64,000 nt of DNA from SAR86 cluster bacterium AG-339-G14 (GCA_003282105.1 QCAB01000001.1:49785-113784), one strand, 5' to 3'; shown: positions 31,552 through 41,683, counted from the first letter of the stretch. Made by a program: numbers and translations. Notes: generated by a model not told the origin, from the letters alone.

Positions 31552-32919
31552 TCAAAATTTAAGTTTACTATTGATTTTGAACAACTCTTTTTGAAAAAGT
31601 TCTTGTATCGATTTAAGTTCTTTATTTGTCTCTGCTTCAAACCTAAGCACCAAACTTGGCGTTGTGTTTGAAGCTCTTATTAATCCCCATGATCTAGGGC
31701 CTTCAAGACGCAAACCATCAATAGTAATTGCGTTGAACCCCTCGGGTTTAAAATTATTTTTTAATTTACTTATAACTTCAAATTTATATTTGTCATCTGT
31801 AGAAATTTTAATTTCAGGAGTATTGAACATATTTGGAAATTCATTGAAAACTTCATGAGTTGTTTTCTGTTGATTAGATAGAATTTCTAAAAGTTTTAAG
31901 CCTGAAAAAATTCCATCATCAAAACCATACCAATCTTCATTATAAAAAATATGCCCACTCATTTCCCCCCCTAAAACGGCATTATTCTTTTTAATTTCGG
32001 ACTTGATAAAGGAGTGACCGGTTTTTGTCATGATTGGGGTACCTTTATATTTTTCAATTGTTCGTTTGAGTTGATTGGAACACTTAACGTCAAACACAAT
32101 TTTTGATTCTTTATTTCTTTCCAAGATATCTTTTGACATTAAAGAGAGATAGCGATCAGGGTAGATAATTTCACCGTCACTATCAACAACACCAAGTCTG
32201 TCAGCGTCTCCATCAAGAGCGATGCCAACATCTGCTTTATGCAATTCAACAGCTTCAATTAGGTCAGATAAATTTTTAGGGTCGCTCGGGTCGGGATGAT
32301 GATTGGGAAAATTTCCATCAACTTCACAAAATAATTCTATAAGCTCATTGGAGAATTGTTTAAATATAGTTGGACCTAAAACTGATCCTGCTCCATTTCC
32401 GCAATCTAAAACTACTTTTAATTTTTTCTTCAAAGTAATTTTTTCATTCAGCTCATCAATGTATTTTTGATCGAAGGATTGATCGGATAGCTTACCTTTA
32501 CCCATTAAAAAATTATCGTCTTCAATTCTTTTTTTTAACAAAAGAATTTCTTTCTCTTTGAGAGAACTTCTATCCAAGACAATTTTAAACCCGTTATAGT
32601 TTTTAGGATTATGACTTCCAGTTACCATGACCCCATTTTCGGTTTTACCTTTAAAAGTTGCAAAATACAAAAGCGGGGTGTGAACCATTCCAATATCAAT
32701 CACATTGCATCCTGTTTTTAAGATGCCTTGTATTAAATAATCGCTAACTTCTTTTCCTGAAAGTCTGCCATCTCTTCCCACATAGATATCTTTAGCTTTT
32801 CTTCCCATCACTTCGCTTCCGATAGCCTTGCCTATATTTTCAACAAGCTTTGGTGTCAATTCTTCATCGACGATACCCCTGATGTCATAAGCTCTAAATA
32901 CTTCAGAATTCACTTTCAT
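31552..32919 (-). CDS. algC: Phosphomannomutase/phosphoglucomutase
   Basis: 455 aa. Catalytic-serine loop TGSHNP, Mg loop DGDADR, sugar loop GGEMSGH. Confidence 0.9.
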   Translation of the reverse strand: MKVNSEVFRAYDIRGIVDEELTPKLVENIGKAIGSEVMGRKAKDIYVGRDGRLSGKEVSDYLIQGILKTGCNVIDIGMVHTPLLYFATFKGKTENGVMVTGSHNPKNYNGFKIVLDRSSLKEKEILLLKKRIEDDNFLMGKGKLSDQSFDQKYIDELNEKITLKKKLKVVLDCGNGAGSVLGPTIFKQFSNELIELFCEVDGNFPNHHPDPSDPKNLSDLIEAVELHKADVGIALDGDADRLGVVDSDGEIIYPDRYLSLMSKDILERNKESKIVFDVKCSNQLKRTIEKYKGTPIMTKTGHSFIKSEIKKNNAVLGGEMSGHIFYNEDWYGFDDGIFSGLKLLEILSNQQKTTHEVFNEFPNMFNTPEIKISTDDKYKFEVISKLKNNFKPEGFNAITIDGLRLEGPRSWGLIRASNTTPSLVLRFEAETNKELKSIQELFQKELFKINSKLKF

Positions 32920-32961
32920 ATAAGATTCTCCCGCTTATAATGATTCTCTTAAAAAAGATTT

Positions 32962-33885
32962 ATGACTAATTTTGAAACTAATGATGGATTCATATGGATG
33001 GATGGAGAATTTGTCGAATGGGCTGAGGCAAAAATACATGTTTTGACACATACTTTACATTATGGGCTTGGTGTTTTTGAAGGGGTAAGAGCTTATTTAA
33101 CTCATGAGGGCACTAAAATATTCAGACTTGAAGACCATACCAACCGTTTATTTGAATCTGCCCAAGCCGTTAACATGCAAATTCCCTTCTCGAAGAGTGA
33201 AATAAATAATGCCCAAAAAGAAATTTTTATCAAGAACAACCTCAAGGAAGGATACATTCGTCCGATGTGTTTTTATGGACCTCAGGGTATGGGCTTGAGA
33301 GCTGATAACTTGAAAACGCACTGCATAGTTGCTGCTTGGGAATGGCCAAGTTACATGTCTCCTGAGGCATTTGAAAAGGGCATCAAAATTAAAATTTCTT
33401 CCTACAAACGACAAACCAATAATCTTGTATCTAGATCTAAAGTAAATGGAAATTACGTTACGTCAATTATGGCTTTGCAGGAGGCTTTGCAAGAAGGCTA
33501 TGACGAAGCTTTGCTTTTGGATGACGAAGGTAATATCTCTGAAGGATCTGGAGAAAACCTTTTCCTAATAAAAAATGGTGAAGTTTTTACTCCAGATTTA
33601 GATGCATCGCTGGATGGAATCACTCGAAAGAGTATTATCAGCCTAGCTGAAGAAGATGGACTGAAGGTAAATATAAAAAAAATCTCTTTGGAAGAAATTC
33701 TTCAAGCAGATGAACTATTTTTTACTGGAACAGCTGCTGAAGTGGTTCCAATAAAATCGGTTGACGAAAGTCTTATCGCCGACGGTAAGAGAGGAAAAAT
33801 TACCACTATCCTTCAACGAAAATATTTTGATCAAGTTCGCGGGAAAAGAACAACTTTTTCTGAATGGCTCACCCCAATAAGTTAA
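32962..33885 (+). CDS. ilvE: Branched-chain amino acid aminotransferase
   Basis: 307 aa. Fold-type IV motifs HYGLGVFEGVRAY, EGSGENLF, GITR. Confidence 0.9.
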   Translation: MTNFETNDGFIWMDGEFVEWAEAKIHVLTHTLHYGLGVFEGVRAYLTHEGTKIFRLEDHTNRLFESAQAVNMQIPFSKSEINNAQKEIFIKNNLKEGYIRPMCFYGPQGMGLRADNLKTHCIVAAWEWPSYMSPEAFEKGIKIKISSYKRQTNNLVSRSKVNGNYVTSIMALQEALQEGYDEALLLDDEGNISEGSGENLFLIKNGEVFTPDLDASLDGITRKSIISLAEEDGLKVNIKKISLEEILQADELFFTGTAAEVVPIKSVDESLIADGKRGKITTILQRKYFDQVRGKRTTFSEWLTPIS

Positions 33886-33901
33886 GTCATAAATAATTTT
33901 T

Positions 33902-35137
33902 ATGTCTAATTTGAAAGTAGCTTTGCTTAGTTACAGAAGTAACCCTTTTTCTGGAGGACAAGGGATTTATATCAAATACTTAAGTAGATCCCTTGTGAAG
34001 CTTGGGCATGAAGTGACTGTATTTTCAGGCCCTCCTTATCCAGACTTAGATTCAAGAGTAAAATTAGTTAAGGTACCAAGCCTTGATTTATACAGTAAAA
34101 AAAATAAATTCTCAGACGTCTCAATAAAAAAATTAAGAAATTTTCTTAATTTTTTTGAATGGATCAGTATTAACTCAGGAGGATTTTCTGAACCTTACAC
34201 ATTCGGAAAGAGAATAAAAAAACTTCTGAAGAATAAATTAAATGAATTTGATGTGATTCATGACAATCAAAGTTTATGTTACGAACTTTTGTATTTTCAA
34301 AGAAAAATTCCTTTGGTCACAACTATTCATCATCCAATCTCTAAAGATCTGAAATATGAATTAAAAAATATTAAATCTATTTTCTTAAAACTTTTAAAAA
34401 TTAGATGGCACTCATTTCTATGGATGCAGACTTTTGTTGCGAAACGCTTGAAGAATATTATTGCAGTTTCGTCCTCTTCAAAGAAAGATATCCATGAAGA
34501 TTTTAAGGTAGATTTGAATAAAATTTCGGTCATTCTTAATGGTATAGATAACGAAATTTTTTTTCCTCAAAATGATAAGACTGTAACTAAAAGAATTGTT
34601 ACGACAGCAAGTGCTGACGTTCCTCTAAAGGGCTTAGATTATCTCTTGGATGCTTTTTCAAATTTATCTGAACAATATTCTGATCTCGAGCTTCATGTTA
34701 TTGGAGGTAAGAAAGATGGCGGCCACACCCAAAGGAAAATAAAGGAATTAAATATAGAAAAAAAAGTTTTTTTTAATAATGATTTAACTTTTGATGAAGT
34801 AAGAGATGTATATTGTTCTGCGGATTTAGTTGTCATTCCCTCTCTTTATGAAGGATTTGGATTTGCTGTTGGCGAAGCCATGGCTTGTAACAAAGCAGTT
34901 ATTACAACAAATGGTGGGGCTATTCCTGAAGTAATCGGAGACTGTGGGATTATCGTGGATATACAAAATTCATTGCAACTAGAAGAAGGAATTAAAAAAT
35001 TATTTAAAGATGAAGTGTTAAAATCTAAATTAGCAGATAAAGGTTACGAAAGGGTAGTTAGATTTCTAAATTGGGATATTGTTGCTTCCGAAGTTACCAA
35101 AGTGTACGAAGAATCAATAAAATCTTTTAAAAAATAA
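33902..35137 (+). CDS. Glycosyltransferase, GT-B fold (family 4-like)
   Basis: 411 aa. N-terminal SNPFSGGQGIYIKYLSRSLVKLGHEV. C-terminal EX7E motif EGFGFAVGEAMA. Confidence 0.75.
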   Translation: MSNLKVALLSYRSNPFSGGQGIYIKYLSRSLVKLGHEVTVFSGPPYPDLDSRVKLVKVPSLDLYSKKNKFSDVSIKKLRNFLNFFEWISINSGGFSEPYTFGKRIKKLLKNKLNEFDVIHDNQSLCYELLYFQRKIPLVTTIHHPISKDLKYELKNIKSIFLKLLKIRWHSFLWMQTFVAKRLKNIIAVSSSSKKDIHEDFKVDLNKISVILNGIDNEIFFPQNDKTVTKRIVTTASADVPLKGLDYLLDAFSNLSEQYSDLELHVIGGKKDGGHTQRKIKELNIEKKVFFNNDLTFDEVRDVYCSADLVVIPSLYEGFGFAVGEAMACNKAVITTNGGAIPEVIGDCGIIVDIQNSLQLEEGIKKLFKDEVLKSKLADKGYERVVRFLNWDIVASEVTKVYEESIKSFKK

Positions 35138-35847
35138 TGCAAACTATCCGATACAAAAATTTTATTTTTACACCAAATAAAAAATTGCTTGACGTCGGGT
35201 GCGGTCAAGGTAGACATTCTTTTGGTGCTTATATGCATACAGACATAGAGGTAATAGGTGTCGACATGGGTTTTCAGGATGTATTGAAAGCAAAACAAAA
35301 TTTTAATCAATTCAATGAAAAAAATGATTCTAAAAGTTGTAATTTTTTTGTCGCCAATGCAAAAAATTTGCCATTCAAAAACAATGAATTTGACTATGTT
35401 GTTTGTTCTGAGGTTCTTGAACACATCATTGACTACGAAAGTGCTCTTAAAGAAATTAAGAGAGTTCTTAAACCCGGAGGATCATTTGCCTTGAGTGTTC
35501 CCAAATATTTTCCAGAATGGATTTGTTGGAAATTAAGCAAGGAATATCAAAATGAGCCGGGTGGCCACGTAAGAATTTTTAAATATAAAAAATTAAAAGA
35601 AGACGTTAAATCATTGGGTTTTGAGTTTAAAAAAAGACATTGGGCGCATGCCTTACACTCTCCTTACTGGTGGATGCAGTGTTTATTTTGGAAAACTAAA
35701 GAAAAATCTTTTTTAATTAAGTCTTATCATTCATTTTTGGTTTGGGACATGACTAAAAATCCTCTGATAACAAAAATTCTGGAATATTTGCTCCAACCTT
35801 TTATTGGCAAAAGCGTCGTAATGTATTTCGAAAATAGAGAGAATTAA
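35137..35847 (+). CDS. Class I SAM-dependent methyltransferase
   Basis: 236 aa. Motif I LDVGCGQGRH, post-I GVDM, motif II/III VVCSEVLEHI...LKPGGSFALSVP. 1-nt overlap (TAATG) with the GT4 gene. Confidence 0.75.
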   Translation: MQTIRYKNFIFTPNKKLLDVGCGQGRHSFGAYMHTDIEVIGVDMGFQDVLKAKQNFNQFNEKNDSKSCNFFVANAKNLPFKNNEFDYVVCSEVLEHIIDYESALKEIKRVLKPGGSFALSVPKYFPEWICWKLSKEYQNEPGGHVRIFKYKKLKEDVKSLGFEFKKRHWAHALHSPYWWMQCLFWKTKEKSFLIKSYHSFLVWDMTKNPLITKILEYLLQPFIGKSVVMYFENREN

Positions 35848-35848
35848 T

Positions 35849-36838
35849 TTGAAAGACAAGCAATCATTAAACTATCTAGGTGAATACATTGCAAAATGTC
35901 AAAACCCGCAGGGCGCAATAGCTTGGGAGCCTAATGGAAAAGTAGATCCTTGGGATCATGTTGAGTCCATAATGGCTTTAAATCTACTTGATTTCAAAGA
36001 TGAAGCTTTAAAGGGTTTCGATTGGCTTATATCTTCACAACAGCCTGACGGTTCTTGGTATTCAGAATATCAAGGCGAACGAGTAACAAATTTAAACAAA
36101 GAAACAAATTTCTGCGCTTATATTTCTTCTGGAGCTCTTCATCACTTTTTAAATTTTGAAGAGCAAAGTTTTTTAGAGAAAATTTGGCCAACTCTAAAAA
36201 AATCAATTGAGTTCGTTAAATCGGGTCAAACTGACGAAGGAGACATTTTGTGGGCAAAAGACAACAACGAAGAGTGGATGGATGATTCTTTGTTAACCGG
36301 TTGTGCTTCAATATTCAAAAGCTTAAATGATTTTAATAAGATTGCAAAAACTCTTGGCTATAAAGAATTTATTCTAAAAGAAGAAATAAAAAATTTAAAA
36401 GATTCAATCACTAACAAACCAGAGAGATTCGATAGAACTTGGGAGAGTAAGGCTCGCTACAGCATGGACTGGTATTACCCAGTTCTTTGTGGCATCCATA
36501 GTGTGCAAGACTCAAAAAAAATCATTAACGAAAGATGGGATGAATTTGTTGTGCCTGGTTTAGGATGCAAATGCGTTTCAGAAGAACCTTGGGTAACGGT
36601 AGCAGAATCATGTGAGTTAATTTTGGCTTTAAATAAAATAGATGAAAAAAAAGCGGCTTTGGAGATATTTGAAAATATTTCTAAACTAATTGATCAAAAA
36701 GATAAACTTTTTTGGACAGGATATGTTTACAAAGACGACAAGTTTTGGCCAATTGAAAAGCCAAGCTGGACGGCAGCTGCAGTTGTACTTGCAGCTAATT
36801 CACTTTTTGAATTCAATTCAACTTCAAATTTTTTTTAA
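35849..36838 (+). CDS. Prenyltransferase / terpenoid-cyclase-like (alpha/alpha)6-barrel repeat protein
   Basis: 329 aa, TTG start 1 nt after the methyltransferase stop. QW-type repeat SSQQPDGSWYSEY plus repeated aromatic/acidic helical hairpins. No catalytic assignment possible by eye; a glycoside-hydrolase-like barrel is an alternative. Confidence 0.45.
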   Translation: MKDKQSLNYLGEYIAKCQNPQGAIAWEPNGKVDPWDHVESIMALNLLDFKDEALKGFDWLISSQQPDGSWYSEYQGERVTNLNKETNFCAYISSGALHHFLNFEEQSFLEKIWPTLKKSIEFVKSGQTDEGDILWAKDNNEEWMDDSLLTGCASIFKSLNDFNKIAKTLGYKEFILKEEIKNLKDSITNKPERFDRTWESKARYSMDWYYPVLCGIHSVQDSKKIINERWDEFVVPGLGCKCVSEEPWVTVAESCELILALNKIDEKKAALEIFENISKLIDQKDKLFWTGYVYKDDKFWPIEKPSWTAAAVVLAANSLFEFNSTSNFF

Positions 36839-37423
36839 GACCGCTAAACTTCTTGTTAGAGAAATCTCTTCAAAATTCCCAGATTCTTTGGCTTTGCAAA
36901 AAATTTCATAAGGCGGTCTGCCACCGTCTTTTGGGTCTGGAAACACATCATGGATCAATAAAAATCCACTTTTCACGATATGAGGAGCCCAATTTGTGTA
37001 ATCTGCGTTAGCACTTTCTCTGCTATGACCACCGTCAATAAAGACCATTCCTAAGGGAATCTCCCAGTTTTTAGAAGTCTCTTCAGAGTCAGCGACTAAT
37101 GGTAAAACAAAATTTGCTAAATTTGATTCTCTTAAATTTCTTAAAAATTCTGGAAGACTATTGAAGCAAGAAATATTTTGGTCAAAAAGGTCAGAATCAT
37201 GGTATTCCTCTCCTAATTGATGTTCTTCAGAACCGGTGTGATGATCAATGGTGAAAAGTATATTTTTATTTTTTTTGCAAACATTGCCTATAATTAAAGC
37301 TGATTTGCCACAATAAGTGCCGATTTCAAGGCAAGGACCTAGCTTCGAGCACTGCTTTGCAATTTTCGCTAATTCTTTACCTTCTGTATTGTCAAGAAAA
37401 CCTTTTACAGTGTTTAATGTCAT
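36824..37423 (-). CDS. Class I SAM-dependent methyltransferase (Methyltransf_24-like)
   Basis: 199 aa. LEIGTYCGKSALIIG SAM-binding loop, VFIDGGH and LLIHDV motifs. Confidence 0.6.
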   Translation of the reverse strand: MTLNTVKGFLDNTEGKELAKIAKQCSKLGPCLEIGTYCGKSALIIGNVCKKNKNILFTIDHHTGSEEHQLGEEYHDSDLFDQNISCFNSLPEFLRNLRESNLANFVLPLVADSEETSKNWEIPLGMVFIDGGHSRESANADYTNWAPHIVKSGFLLIHDVFPDPKDGGRPPYEIFCKAKESGNFEEISLTRSLAVLKKI

Positions 37424-37449
37424 TTCTAATCGATAATAAAATAATCTTT

Positions 37450-38328
37450 ATGAAATTTGAAGCCAGAAAAACCATATCCTGTGAGGCGGGAGAATTTTCT
37501 TATTTAAAAAAAGAAGGCGAGAATGATCTGAGTCCAATCATTTTTTTTCACGCTACAGGATTAAATCTGGAAACTTACAATAATTTCTTCGAAGAGCTTT
37601 TCAATCAATTTGAAGGCAAGAGAACTTTAATTGCCTTTGATCAAAGAGGTCACGGTAAATCTAAAGCAGAAGCTGATCCAAGCAAATTATTCTCATGGGA
37701 CCAGTATGCAGACGACGCAGTTTTAATTTTAAAAGCATTAGAAATAAAAAAAGCTTCTTTTATAGGGCACTCTATGGGGGCAATTGTTGCTGCAGAGATT
37801 TGTAGAAGGAACATATTTGGAGTAGAAAATTTGGCTCTTATGGATCCAGTACTGCTTTATAACCCTAAAACTGCTTTTTTTTCCTCAATTCGTCAAAAAT
37901 TAAATATGTGGCGATCACCAACAATTGCGCATTATGCCGCCAAAAGAAGAAGTGAATTTAAAAATCTCGATGAAGCAAAAAGTCATTATCTTGGAAGGAG
38001 TATTTTTGCTTCCTGGCCAGAAACTTCAATTGAGGATTATTTGATAGGTGGCTTGGAAGATCATAATGATTCAATGAAATTGAGTTGTGATCCGACTTGG
38101 GAAGCGAAGACTTTTGAAACAGTTTCATTAAATTCTTATAGAACCTTAAAAAACATAAAAGTTCCTGTCTTGATTCTCAAAGCTAGTATGAATTCAACGA
38201 TCCCAAATGTAGGTTTAAACTATCTTGCTAAAAACGAGAAAATAAAATTATTTGAAGTCGAAGGTACTCATTTTTTTCTAATAGAAAAACCTAAAGAAAT
38301 TGCAAAAAAAATTAATCAATTTTTTTGA
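37450..38328 (+). CDS. Alpha/beta-fold hydrolase
   Basis: Start moved to ATG 37450 (MKFEARK...). Nucleophile elbow GHSMGA, oxyanion region IIFFHATGLN, late His in EGTHF. Confidence 0.7.
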   Translation: MKFEARKTISCEAGEFSYLKKEGENDLSPIIFFHATGLNLETYNNFFEELFNQFEGKRTLIAFDQRGHGKSKAEADPSKLFSWDQYADDAVLILKALEIKKASFIGHSMGAIVAAEICRRNIFGVENLALMDPVLLYNPKTAFFSSIRQKLNMWRSPTIAHYAAKRRSEFKNLDEAKSHYLGRSIFASWPETSIEDYLIGGLEDHNDSMKLSCDPTWEAKTFETVSLNSYRTLKNIKVPVLILKASMNSTIPNVGLNYLAKNEKIKLFEVEGTHFFLIEKPKEIAKKINQFF

Positions 38329-38336
38329 ATAAGAAA

Positions 38337-39062
38337 ATGGAAAATAAAGTTAATGTTATTTGTATGAAATGGGGAGAAAAATACGATTCTTCCTATGTAA
38401 ATATTTTGTACAACATGGTCGATAGAAATTTAAAGAGACCTTTTAGATTTGTTTGTTTTACTGATAATAAATCAGGCTTATTAGATTCAATAGAATCATT
38501 TGATTTGCCTAGCTTAAATCTTCCTGTGGGAATTCCTGAAAGAGGGTGGATGAAAATCTCTACCTTTGCTTCAAATTTGCATGATCTTTCTGGCAAGACT
38601 CTTTTTTTGGATCTGGATATAGTTATCATAGATAACATCGATGCTTTTTTTGACTACTCCGGTGATTTTTTAATCATAAAAGACTTTAGAAAAAAAAATT
38701 TCATAGGCAACAGCTCGGTTTATAGATTTGAAATTGGAAAGTATTATGATGTTTTGGAACATTTCAGAGAAAACTTTGAAAAAATAAAGACATCGTTTAG
38801 AAATGAACAAGAATTTTTGTCTGATTACATGAAAAAGAATCATTCTTTAGAATATTGGCCGGAAGATTGGTGCAAAAGCTTTAAAAAAGATTGTGTAGAG
38901 AAAGGAATAAAACAATTTTTTAAGCCTCCAAAAATTCCTTCTTCGGCTAAAATAATCATCTTCCATGGCAAACCCAATCCTCCAGATGCAATGATTGGGA
39001 AAGGTGGAAAATGGTATAGAAAGGTACTGCCAACTCCATGGATTAAAGATAATTGGAGATAA
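38337..39062 (+). CDS. Putative nucleotide-sugar-dependent glycosyltransferase (GT-A-like, DxD), uncharacterised family
   Basis: About 241 aa from ATG 38337 (TTG 38325 also possible). VICMKWGEKYDSSYVNILYNMVDRNL..FRFVCFTDN followed by LFLDLDIVIIDNID (DxD-like). Family membership is from memory only. Confidence 0.35.
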   Translation: MENKVNVICMKWGEKYDSSYVNILYNMVDRNLKRPFRFVCFTDNKSGLLDSIESFDLPSLNLPVGIPERGWMKISTFASNLHDLSGKTLFLDLDIVIIDNIDAFFDYSGDFLIIKDFRKKNFIGNSSVYRFEIGKYYDVLEHFRENFEKIKTSFRNEQEFLSDYMKKNHSLEYWPEDWCKSFKKDCVEKGIKQFFKPPKIPSSAKIIIFHGKPNPPDAMIGKGGKWYRKVLPTPWIKDNWR

Positions 39063-39066
39063 TAAA

Positions 39067-39879
39067 ATGTCATCGGAATCAATAAAACCTATTTCTTTAC
39101 AAACTTTAAGAGATCTAAAAAGCTCAGGGAAAAAATTTGCTGCATTAACTTCCTATGAATCAACAATGACCACCATGATGTGTGAGGCTGGAGTTGATCT
39201 AATTTTAGTCGGAGACAGTCTCGGAATGGTGATTCAAGGTCATGACTCAACTGTCCCTGTTTCGATGGAAGATATTTTATATCATCTGAGATGCGTCAAA
39301 AATGGTAATTCTAATGCACATATAATGGCAGACATGCCTTTTATGAGTTATGCAACTGAGCAGCTTGCTTACACCAATGCGACTCGACTGATGCAGGGCG
39401 GTGCAAACAGCATCAAAGTAGAAGGAGGAGAGGTGATTCTTAAAATAACAGAACTATTGGCCAATAAAGGTATTCCTATTTGTGCTCACTTAGGGTTAAC
39501 ACCTCAATCAATTAATAGAATTGGCGGTTATTTCGTTCAAGGCAGAGATCCTTCTTCTCATGACAAATTTATAGCCGAGGCTAAAGACCTAGAAAATGCG
39601 GGAGCAGAACTTATCCTTTTAGAATGTATACCAGTCGAGTTAACTGAAAAAATAGTAGATGCATTGTCCATTCCAACTATAGGAATAGGAGCTGGATCTT
39701 TGACCGATGGCCAGATAATGGTGATACATGATTTACTTGGCATCACTTGTTTGGAAACGCCGCCTAAATTTGTTAAAAATTTTTTGGAAAAAGGGGAAAC
39801 AATTCAAAGTGCCATTAGAAAATATGTTCTTGAAGTAAAAAGTGGAGCTTACCCTTCAACTGAACATTGTTTTAAATAG
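39067..39879 (+). CDS. panB: 3-methyl-2-oxobutanoate hydroxymethyltransferase
   Basis: Start at ATG 39067 (MSSESIKPISLQTL...). LTSYE, LVGDSLGMV, VKVEGG and GHLGLTPQS-like motifs. Confidence 0.9.
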   Translation: MSSESIKPISLQTLRDLKSSGKKFAALTSYESTMTTMMCEAGVDLILVGDSLGMVIQGHDSTVPVSMEDILYHLRCVKNGNSNAHIMADMPFMSYATEQLAYTNATRLMQGGANSIKVEGGEVILKITELLANKGIPICAHLGLTPQSINRIGGYFVQGRDPSSHDKFIAEAKDLENAGAELILLECIPVELTEKIVDALSIPTIGIGAGSLTDGQIMVIHDLLGITCLETPPKFVKNFLEKGETIQSAIRKYVLEVKSGAYPSTEHCFK

Positions 39880-40733
39880 TGATCAAAGTTCAATCTTTAA
39901 ATCAACTTTCAACGATTCCTTTCAAAAAACCTTTCGCATTGATACCAACAATGGGAAACTTGCATGCGGGACATATAAGCTTATTAAAGACCGCATTAAA
40001 AAAAAACTACAATCCAGTAGTCTCAATTTTTGTAAATCCGCTTCAATTTGGTCCCAACGAAGATTTAGATAAATATCCAAGGTCGTTGGAAAGAGATTTA
40101 GAAATTTTAGAAGAAAATAATTGTCATGGAGTTTTTATTCCTTCACAAAGTGAAATTCTAAAAAATATAGAATCTCTTATTGCGCCATTTGCCAATAAGT
40201 TATGTGGCAAGTCGAGACCTGGACATTTTGATGGGGTCATTACAATTGTTAATAGGCTTTTTGAGTTAATAAAACCCGATGCTTGTGTTTTTGGTATGAA
40301 AGATTTTCAACAACAGTTAATTATTAAACAGTTGATCAAGCAAAAAAAATATCAAATAAAATTTTTATTGGCTTCTACTGAAAGAGACGAAAATGGTTTA
40401 GCACTCTCGTCTCGAAATAATTACCTCAGTGAACATGAAACAATCCACGCTTCCTCGATTTTTAAATTTCTAAATGAAATAAAAAATGACATTGAATTTA
40501 GCTATCAAAAAAATACGAATTTATCGCTAGACGATCTTGATTTAATACAAAAAAAATGCAAAAAGAAAATTGAAAAGGAAGGGTTTAAGATTGATTATCT
40601 TGATATTTCGGATTCCGAAACCTTGGAGGAAATAAAATTGGATACTAAGATTGTTTTGATTGCAATTGCAGTTTTTTACAAAGAAGTAAGACTTATTGAT
40701 AACTTAATTTTAGATTTAACCTCTTTTTCTTAA
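39879..40733 (+). CDS. panC: Pantoate--beta-alanine ligase
   Basis: 284 aa. PTMGNLHAGHISL (HIGH-like), FVNPLQFGPNEDL, RPGHFDGV. GTG start overlapping the panB stop by 1 nt. Confidence 0.9.
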   Translation: MIKVQSLNQLSTIPFKKPFALIPTMGNLHAGHISLLKTALKKNYNPVVSIFVNPLQFGPNEDLDKYPRSLERDLEILEENNCHGVFIPSQSEILKNIESLIAPFANKLCGKSRPGHFDGVITIVNRLFELIKPDACVFGMKDFQQQLIIKQLIKQKKYQIKFLLASTERDENGLALSSRNNYLSEHETIHASSIFKFLNEIKNDIEFSYQKNTNLSLDDLDLIQKKCKKKIEKEGFKIDYLDISDSETLEEIKLDTKIVLIAIAVFYKEVRLIDNLILDLTSFS

Positions 40734-41609
40734 AAGGTCTTCCGGATAAAAAGACTTTTCCCCTTCTGGTCTATTTTTAAATCTCCTATGAGACCATAAA
40801 TAATTTTCAGGATTTTTCTTTATCTTTTCTTCAATTCTTAGATTTATTTCCCTTAAATCCTCTTCCATTTTATGACCTTTCAAAATTACTCTATCTAAAT
40901 TTACTTCGTATTTTGAATCTCTTTTTTCTAGAGAGAATAAATACACATCGCAATCAGCTTTTTTTGCTGCTATGTAGGGAAATTTTACCGTCAAAGCTTT
41001 GTGCCCAAAAAATTCCACGAAAATAGAGCTTTTATAACCATAATCTTGATCTGGGGCATATAAACATGCTTTACCTTTTTTCAGAAAATCTAAAAGATCT
41101 AAAATTTCATTCGGGTTAAAAATCCTCTCCGTAAATTTTTTTCGACTTGCCTTAAATAAATTATCAACAATCTTATTACTCTGTGGCCGAGCCATTCCTG
41201 AGACAGGCATAAATAATGAGGCTATTCTTACCACTAAGTCTAAGTTAGGAGTATGCATGAATAGTACTAATTTGCCCCTTGAAGGGTTTTTAAGATCTGA
41301 AACTTTTTTTATTTCCTCAAAATTTATTAATAGTTCCTTGAGTTTTTTATCTGAAGCCATAAATGCATTCAAAAAATCAAAAAGCGACTTTCCTAAAAGT
41401 AAAAAACTCTTTTTTAAAATAATATTTATTTCTTCGTCCTTTTTTTCAGGAAAGCATTTTTTTAAGTTCCATCTTGAAATTTCTCTTCTTTCTTCAAGAG
41501 TTTTAAAAAAAATATGCCCTAGAAAGGTTCCCAAAGAAAATTGGACGCTTCTGGGAAGCATATTTAATGTCTTCAACAAAGCATATATAAGAAATTCCAA
41601 TATTTTCAT
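40716..41609 (-). CDS. lpxL: Lipid A biosynthesis (Kdo)2-lipid IVA acyltransferase, LpxL/HtrB family
   Basis: 297 aa. N-terminal membrane helix, HX4D catalytic motif (HTPNLD). Divergent from waaA. Confidence 0.65.
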   Translation of the reverse strand: MKILEFLIYALLKTLNMLPRSVQFSLGTFLGHIFFKTLEERREISRWNLKKCFPEKKDEEINIILKKSFLLLGKSLFDFLNAFMASDKKLKELLINFEEIKKVSDLKNPSRGKLVLFMHTPNLDLVVRIASLFMPVSGMARPQSNKIVDNLFKASRKKFTERIFNPNEILDLLDFLKKGKACLYAPDQDYGYKSSIFVEFFGHKALTVKFPYIAAKKADCDVYLFSLEKRDSKYEVNLDRVILKGHKMEEDLREINLRIEEKIKKNPENYLWSHRRFKNRPEGEKSFYPEDLLRKRG

Positions 41610-41683
41610 TAATTTATTTTAACTTACTCAAAATTGCTAATTAGAGTATTTTGCATATTTGCCTCTGATAAAATATATGTAGA

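Noticed and set aside
33902-39062. Treating the glycosyltransferase/methyltransferase block as a mobile genomic island.
   Set aside because: There is no integrase, transposase, flanking tRNA or direct repeats that I could see. Genes are fused into the panBC transcription unit with 4-nt spacing. It is described as an accessory-looking biosynthetic block, not a mobile element.
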